DNA of 58,278 nucleotides, the filler included, from Basidiobolus ranarum (Eukaryota): NCBI GenBank assembly GCA_040143965.1. It is 9 parts of 9 records of this genome, joined end to end, with 100 filler letters (N's around TTAATTAATTAA, not from the genome) between each part and the next. Parts side by side here need not be neighbours in the genome. Positions count along the whole stretch, not along the records: positions 51,903 to 58,278 come from JASJQH010008208.1; 8 more parts are not named here. One strand, written 5' to 3'. A program made the translations under genes and the position numbers. This document shows positions 52,009-58,278 of this stretch, piece after piece. The stretch's first letter is position 1. The number at the start of each line of letters is the position of its first letter. The notes beneath the pieces were generated by a model. It was not told the DNA's origin. It made no database searches and saw only the letters and a list, made by a program, of their open reading frames with translations.

Positions 52009-52328
52009 TGTTGAAGTGTTTTGGGAGTTGTTGGAAGTGATTTAGAGAACTTGAAGAGTTGATGGCTTTCACTGAATGGTTTATTGAATGTAAGTTGACC
52101 TTTATACTTTTGTCAAGATAATTTGTTCAGAAAGGTCGCAGGAGCATGTGTGCAAAGTTGGGGGGGTCTCTTGGACAAGTTTGAGAAAATCATAAAATCT
52201 GCGAACTTCCAAGTGGATAAAAAATATCGGGAATAAATTCCTTACGGAGATATTGAATAATAACGTAGCGAAATTGAGGTAGCTAGCTATATGACTATAT
52301 AGATGCTTAAACTATGTCATTTCCAACA
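52009..52328 (-). mobile_element. Solo LTR, family A variant, retaining several CpGs
   Basis: TGTTGAAG...TTCCAACA termini; closest to the 12070-12242 variant; flanks GTAAT / ATAAC. Confidence 0.8.
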
Positions 52329-53990
52329 ATAACAATCTATACCAAAATGCCAAAGGATTGGTTCTAATATGTCTTATTACAAAGAAATATAGCCAAAAAT
52401 CCATAATTTCAGTCCAAAAACATGTGGAACTCAAGGCTGATTTACTAACCCCAATGAATACAAATATACCTAACATCACCAAGAGTTGTGGGATCATCTT
52501 TATAGTATCAAATACTGTGGTTGGGGCTCTTAGTAAGGACATGATAGCTTACAAGTTGAATCATGTATGCGGCAATTTTTACTATGAAAATGCATGCAAA
52601 AAAAAGAATCAGCTATGAACACTAAGTTGAATATTGAGTAGTGATTACTGCTATATTGGGAAAGTTATCACCAAAGTATTATTGATAATAGAAGTTAGGC
52701 CAACTCTAATCTAGATTAGCTAGCTGATTGAATTAACCCAGAAAGTATCACTGACACAGCCAATGATAGAACTTTTTACAACTGAAGCAGGTTGCATTAC
52801 AACTTTATTCACTATAAAGGAAGTGATGCAGTCAAGAAAATTTTTTAAACTTAGCTAATTCTGAAAATTTACCCATCATGAATTTTAAACACAATTGGAA
52901 GTTGTATTTCTGTGGTAAAAACCCCTTTATTAATGCTGTAAGTTAGTGTTTTAGCCTTCAACACCACTTTTTCGCCAGCCTAGTGAGAGCGGACATATTT
53001 AATGAAATTGCTTTACAGCTAAGAGCATCATTGCTGATACTCAGATCAAACCATTATCAAAGCCTGCATTTGGAAAATTAAGACATAGCTTCGGATTTAC
53101 ATATACTTATTTCGAAGCTTATCAAAAAACCTTGAGTTTCTTTCGTTCTCGTAAGTATGTAGTCACTCTTGGTAACTAAGATTTGCTATTTAATGATGCT
53201 GAAGATAATTTCCATGAACTATCAATGCCTTCAATTTATATTAAACACATTTGGTGCAAAGCAGTGCACTCCTGTAAGAGTCTGGTAAACTACTTGTTGT
53301 CAAACCATAAGCTTTTACCTTCATGACAAACTGCACTCTAAGACAACTAAATAATGACTTAGTTAATGGACAGCTATTTTATCCCATATCAAGCTCAAAA
53401 AACTGCCCATTTTATGTACTGATATACACGCTACTAAATGGTCTTAAATTACGCATAGTTTTACACGTTAAATTCAATTTCAACTACTAACATATATTAG
53501 ACTGAAAACACTCCTTTTGACTAAATCTTCAGCAATCAGCTCAGACACCGTCAAAATTCAATATTAGTACTGATCATTTCTCAAGGGCGAATCAGTAAAA
53601 ATAGTCAAGCATAAAGAGGATACATCCAGATTGAAAGATGACCTGCTATTCCGATTTGTCACAAATGAATTCAGTGGAAAATCCAGTTCTATCTCAGCTA
53701 CATATAATGAATAAAGTTTACTTCTTGTACAATACACAGCTTACTACTTGAAGCGCCTTAACTCCTATAATATTTCTGTTCATTTTCAAGTCTCTTAAAA
53801 GCAAAAAGTCCACAAAGAATTAACTTAACTCATCATACGCTAAGCCGCACCTGATATTCTTCTTAACCTTAGAGAAAGAAAGTTCAGTTGCTAACTATAC
53901 TCGTTAATTCTTCAAAGATCTGTACTTCACTTCATCTCCGAAACGGTTCAATAAATTAAACTAGGAAATAAGTAAATACCATTTGAACAA

Positions 53991-55140
53991 ATGACTTCTA
54001 ACGGTGGTCTTCAACGTCGACGAGTTACTAGAACCACCGATAACTTGGAGGAGGGAACAACAAATGCTCCAAGTCGATCACTAAATGGAGCCGCTATAGT
54101 TGCTGTCAAAAGTGCAAAAGAGTTCGATAGGCTATCCCCACAACTCACCTTAATGGAAGAAGTATTATTACTAGGCCTAAAAGATAAACAGGTAAACCGG
54201 AAAGGTTTTTGATACTAACTTCATAGATATATATATTAGAAGCTTGATATAAACGAAGTACACTCACTCAAATCCACTTTATCAAAGGGTTATCTATCCT
54301 TCTGGAATGATAACATCAGTTACGCTTTACGAGGTTGTATCATGTTAGAATTAGCTTTGAGGAATCGTATCTCCATTGTCAAGGACTCTACATATAGCTC
54401 TACTGGGCTTAGTGATAGGCGAATAGAATTAATAGATTCTAGTTTGACGGGTGAGGTATTACTTGATGAAACGATCAAACTTATGAAATCCACTGAAGAG
54501 CGTCTAAGTGTTAATAATTGGATTGATTATTTGAGTGGTTAGTTCAGGTTCATTTGACCTCCCAATCGCAGAGTATAAGGAGTTTCCTCCATGCTAACAC
54601 TTCACTGGTTCTGTAGGAGAGACTTGGAACTTAACTAAGGTCGGGTATCAATTGAAACAGGTTCGTGAAAGACTTGCTAAGGGATTGGTTGATAAGGGTG
54701 TCCTCCGTACCGAGAAGCGCAGTTTTTTAATTTTTGACATGGCTACACATCCAGTAAGCGATGTAGCCATTAAACATGAAATTCTTAAAAGAGTGAGTGT
54801 TACGCTACTCTTGACATCTGATAGCGCCTTGACCACAACTCTGTTAGATAATCCAGAGGAGACATTTAACCCAGTTCTACAATTACGTACCATTTTGTTA
54901 ATATGTAGTGCCTATGCTGCTAATGTTTTAGAAAATGCGTTATGGAACATGGAATTTGAGGAAAGAGAGAAATGCTTGGATAAGGTGGAGGGGTACTATA
55001 GAGCATATGGCACTTGGCCGGTTGCCGCTAGTGCCAGAAACGCTATAGAAAAATGCGAAATGGCTGGATCCTCCAAAGGGGCACTTGAGGTAATCTCTGG
55101 TGTTCTAGAGGTTATGAGTAAGATGGATGGCTTAGTGTGA
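53991..55140 (+). CDS. VPS74: Golgi phosphoprotein 3 / Vps74; exons 53991-54191, 54288-54537, 54617-55140
   Basis: GLQRRR N-terminus, [48 protein letters not shown] and [32 protein letters not shown]; the introns splice in frame. Confidence 0.95.
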
Positions 55141-56594
55141 TTTCATAGGAAACCATGATAGTGCTGATTAGGTTTTTTTACTTGATATCTCGCCTCGTAT
55201 CCAGTATACACCCTTTGGATATCTCAATACTGGAAATACCTGCCTCTTGTCATGGGCCACAAACAACATGGTGTTTGCTAGTGAATTCCTTTTAAATAAA
55301 TGAAATGCTGGGTATACTGTGAAGCGCATATAGATCTCACAATGAGAATTTGTTAAGGAGTGTATGAGGTACCATTGCTGTCTTTTACGGTACGGTGTAT
55401 ACTAAATATGACTAAGTAACGCATAACTCACAGCATTTCATGTACATGATTGGAAATACCTTGCCTCACCTCTCGAATAGCCGTTAAATTCACTCAGAGC
55501 TAAACCAACGGCCATGTAAGAAAATTCCAGGTAGGTTGACATCCGGATATGATCAATGTTCTCATGTTAGAGCTGATACGCAACTATTAAAATGCTGTAT
55601 AAGTTCGAAAGGATGTATATATATGATACCTGAGCACACACAGTAACCCGCAATTACTTCACGAAACGACAATGCACTTCGATTATCTCTTATACTTTGA
55701 ACAACCCCCATGTTTATCCTAACAGCTTTGGTCTCACTAATGCCATCACACATTAGTATTTTCGTGATTTTTAAGCTCTGAACAATGATATATACCGACA
55801 GGAACCGAAAAGAACACCAACTAAAAGTTGGAGTCATACAATCATTCGTATTTAGGATACTGGGCTAGCATCTGTGGGGATTGACAAGTATGCAAGGTCA
55901 TGCATCAGACATTCATATGTTTGCCAAGTGAATAGTAATTAAGGAGTTTAACACCATTGGTCATAATTATGTGACAAAAGGGTAGTATAACAACCTTCTA
56001 AACAATAAGTACGGGGAATGGGTTATTCATATTGGGGATCAACATGCGTAAAATACGCAGTGTGAGTTCTGCATCAAATTCAGTAAACTGAAGCTCAACT
56101 CATGCCACTACTAGCGTTGATGGTCGGTTGGTTATCTCCAACTCAAGAGTATTGCGTGGCGGTGTTTCTCGAACTATATTCCTTGATCCGTTGTGTTGGG
56201 TGGTGTGTTGAAATTGGGAGAGGGGTGAGTAAGAGTTAAGTCTTTTTGGTTTCAGGAAATGCGACAATAACAAAGGAAACTTGAGAACATGTGTAAGTAC
56301 TTGATTTATTCACCCCGGCCTCTATATTTCCTTGATGATTACTCTGAATTAGTATTTATATAAGTGATAACATCGCGAAATGGCTCTGAATTTCACTTCT
56401 GGTAGATTATCATTGAGGTGAACATCTCTTGTAAAATCAAAAATCAAATTTTTGAATTAAGCGGCCTCCAGGAGGTGGGCGTATTTGTAAATCACTTCCT
56501 TAAATTAAACCCTTGAATAATTTCACTAACCATACACCTAAACCACCGTTATCTAAGTCACTTTAACAATTCTAATATCCTTAGAATACTAAGA

Positions 56595-58278
56595 ATGAAC
56601 CCTTTATTTCTATTGATTTCACTTTGGTTATTCCAAACCAGTGTACATTCCATCAACATACAGGTCGCGAACAGAATGGAAAACAAGCAGAGCTATGATG
56701 TACCAGGACATCATAGCCCATCCCTTTCATACCTTGGGAGCCATGATTCCGAAAATGAAATTGATCTATCCTCAACTATAGGCTTCAAGTCTTCGAGTCA
56801 GGCACCTGGCGTCTACAGGACCAGAACTTTGACCTATCCTGAGGGGGATATTAATAGTATTCAACTCGAAGAGTCTGTAATGACCGACTTAAAAGATTTC
56901 ACGATGGAAAAGCGGGAGAAAGATAAGAAGAGGAAAAGAAAATCGTCGCGTCGTAAATCCAGCTCACAGAAATCACAACGAAGCAGAAGAAAACCTAAAG
57001 CAAAACCGAAAAAAAAGGGTAGACAATCAAGTCCCACCACAAAATCCATCTCCAAATCAACTGATCCAAGCGATGCTTCGCCTACTACTACCGCACCACT
57101 GAAACAAAAAATCCCTAAAGGATTTGCTCGCTACCAGGAATACCTAAACGTTTCTATTCTTTTTTTTGAAGCCCAAAGGTCCGGAAGTCTCCCTCCAAAT
57201 CAAAGAGTTCAGTGGCGTAAAAGTGCCCATCTCGAGGATGGAAAGAAGTACGATTGGGATTTAAGTGGCGGGTACTACGATGCTGGCGATTTCATCAAGT
57301 TTGGTTTGCCTGGCTCCTATTCTATGACCATGCTATCCTGGTCACTTATTGAGTACCCTACTGGCTTTGCTAAAGCAAAGCAACTTGAGTACATTCTCGA
57401 AGCAATAAAATGGGGACTAGACTATATTCTCAAATGTCATGTAGAGAGGGCCAAATTTGTGGTCCAAGTTGGTGATCCAAAAAGTGACCATGATTACTGG
57501 GGATCTCCTGAAGATATGCCTAGTAGTGTTGATCGTCCTGTTTATTTCGTAACGCCAGAGTTACCGGGGACTGAGCCAGTACTAGAAGCTGCTTCTGCTT
57601 TGGCCAGTGGATCAATTATCTTTAAGAAATATGGCCAGTCCGCATATGCAGCAAAGCTATTGGAACATGCCATACAACTATATGAGCTCGGCTCAAATCA
57701 TCGTGGTAAGTACCAAGGGAGTGTTGACAAGCAGAAGAAGGGAATGAGTCTTGGAGTTAACGAAGGCTATCTTAGTTCAAGTTATGATGACGAACTGGTA
57801 TGGAGCAATTTGTGGCTGTATCAAGCTACAAATGACACCAAATATTTGAGCCGAGCCAAGACTAGTTATGCGAAATTCTCGTTGGATCGGAGAATTATAG
57901 GAACATTTCATAGCTGGGATGACAAGTCCGTTGGCTCAGTACTGTTACTATCCCTACTAACTGATGATAAACAATATTCCAAAGCGATGGACAAATACTT
58001 CGCCAAAGTCATGAAAAAGAAAACGCCTGGAGGGTTGCTTTGGCTACCGGAAAGTAGCTCTGGCTCTGCCAATGTGGCCATGAGTACTACTTTGATGGCA
58101 CTGATACATGCTGACCGATCTCACCGCAAGAACGCTTCAGCTTTAATTGAAATGGCAAATTCACAAGTGGAGTATTTATTAGGCCAAAATCCATTAAAGA
58201 GGAGCTACATAATCGGCTCGGGCCAGAACTTTCCTCTTCATCCACATCATGCGGCCTCACATGGGGTGCCAAACGGAT
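56595..58278 (+). CDS. Secreted glycoside hydrolase family 9 endoglucanase, intronless, 3'-truncated by the window end
   Basis: Manually translated open frame of 561 codons with no stop. Signal peptide MNPLFLLISLWLFQTSVHS; GH9 motifs FFEAQRSG.LP, WR..A, DLSGGYYDAGDFIKFGLP, IKWGLDY, QVGD...DH.YWG.PEDM, DELVW, SWDDK and YLLGQNPLKRSYIIG..FPLHPHH. Confidence 0.93.
   Translation, partial: MNPLFLLISLWLFQTSVHSINIQVANRMENKQSYDVPGHHSPSLSYLGSHDSENEIDLSSTIGFKSSSQAPGVYRTRTLTYPEGDINSIQLEESVMTDLKDFTMEKREKDKKRKRKSSRRKSSSQKSQRSRRKPKAKPKKKGRQSSPTTKSISKSTDPSDASPTTTAPLKQKIPKGFARYQEYLNVSILFFEAQRSGSLPPNQRVQWRKSAHLEDGKKYDWDLSGGYYDAGDFIKFGLPGSYSMTMLSWSLIEYPTGFAKAKQLEYILEAIKWGLDYILKCHVERAKFVVQVGDPKSDHDYWGSPEDMPSSVDRPVYFVTPELPGTEPVLEAASALASGSIIFKKYGQSAYAAKLLEHAIQLYELGSNHRGKYQGSVDKQKKGMSLGVNEGYLSSSYDDELVWSNLWLYQATNDTKYLSRAKTSYAKFSLDRRIIGTFHSWDDKSVGSVLLLSLLTDDKQYSKAMDKYFAKVMKKKTPGGLLWLPESSSGSANVAMSTTLMALIHADRSHRKNASALIEMANSQVEYLLGQNPLKRSYIIGSGQNFPLHPHHAASHGVPNG

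Noticed and set aside
2998..58278. A functional cluster linking the acyltransferase, chitin synthase, F-box genes and GH9
   Set aside because: These genes lie on different contigs joined by artificial linkers.

Overview
Eukaryotic, fungal DNA: short GT-AG introns, an HDEL-type BiP and a class IV chitin synthase. An early-diverging lineage is plausible but cannot be proven here. The window is not one locus. It is nine contigs of steadily decreasing length (6397, 6394, 6389, 6387, 6386, 6385, 6384, 6380, 6376 bp) joined by identical 100-bp N44-TTAATTAATTAA-N44 linkers, so gene neighbourhoods across linkers mean nothing. Host genes are a BAHD/Tri101-like acyltransferase, the RPP0 last exon, KAR2/BiP, two F-box proteins, a UBA protein (3' part), NOT2, a class IV chitin synthase (5' part), a C2-like/PH protein and VPS74. 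There is also a secreted, intronless GH9 endoglucanase with a polybasic N-terminal extension that the ORF track missed because it runs off the window end. Much of the rest is decayed, CpG-depleted transposons. These are mainly two Ty1/copia families primed by the anticodon arm of initiator tRNA-Met (Ty5/hemivirus type), often nested, plus CACTA-like and possibly Penelope/LINE relics. I found no convincing novel multi-gene system. The best leads are the GH9 architecture, the acyltransferase, the half-tRNA-primed self-nesting copia family, the repeat-specific CpG loss and a (TTAGGG)3 seed at a broken repeat end.
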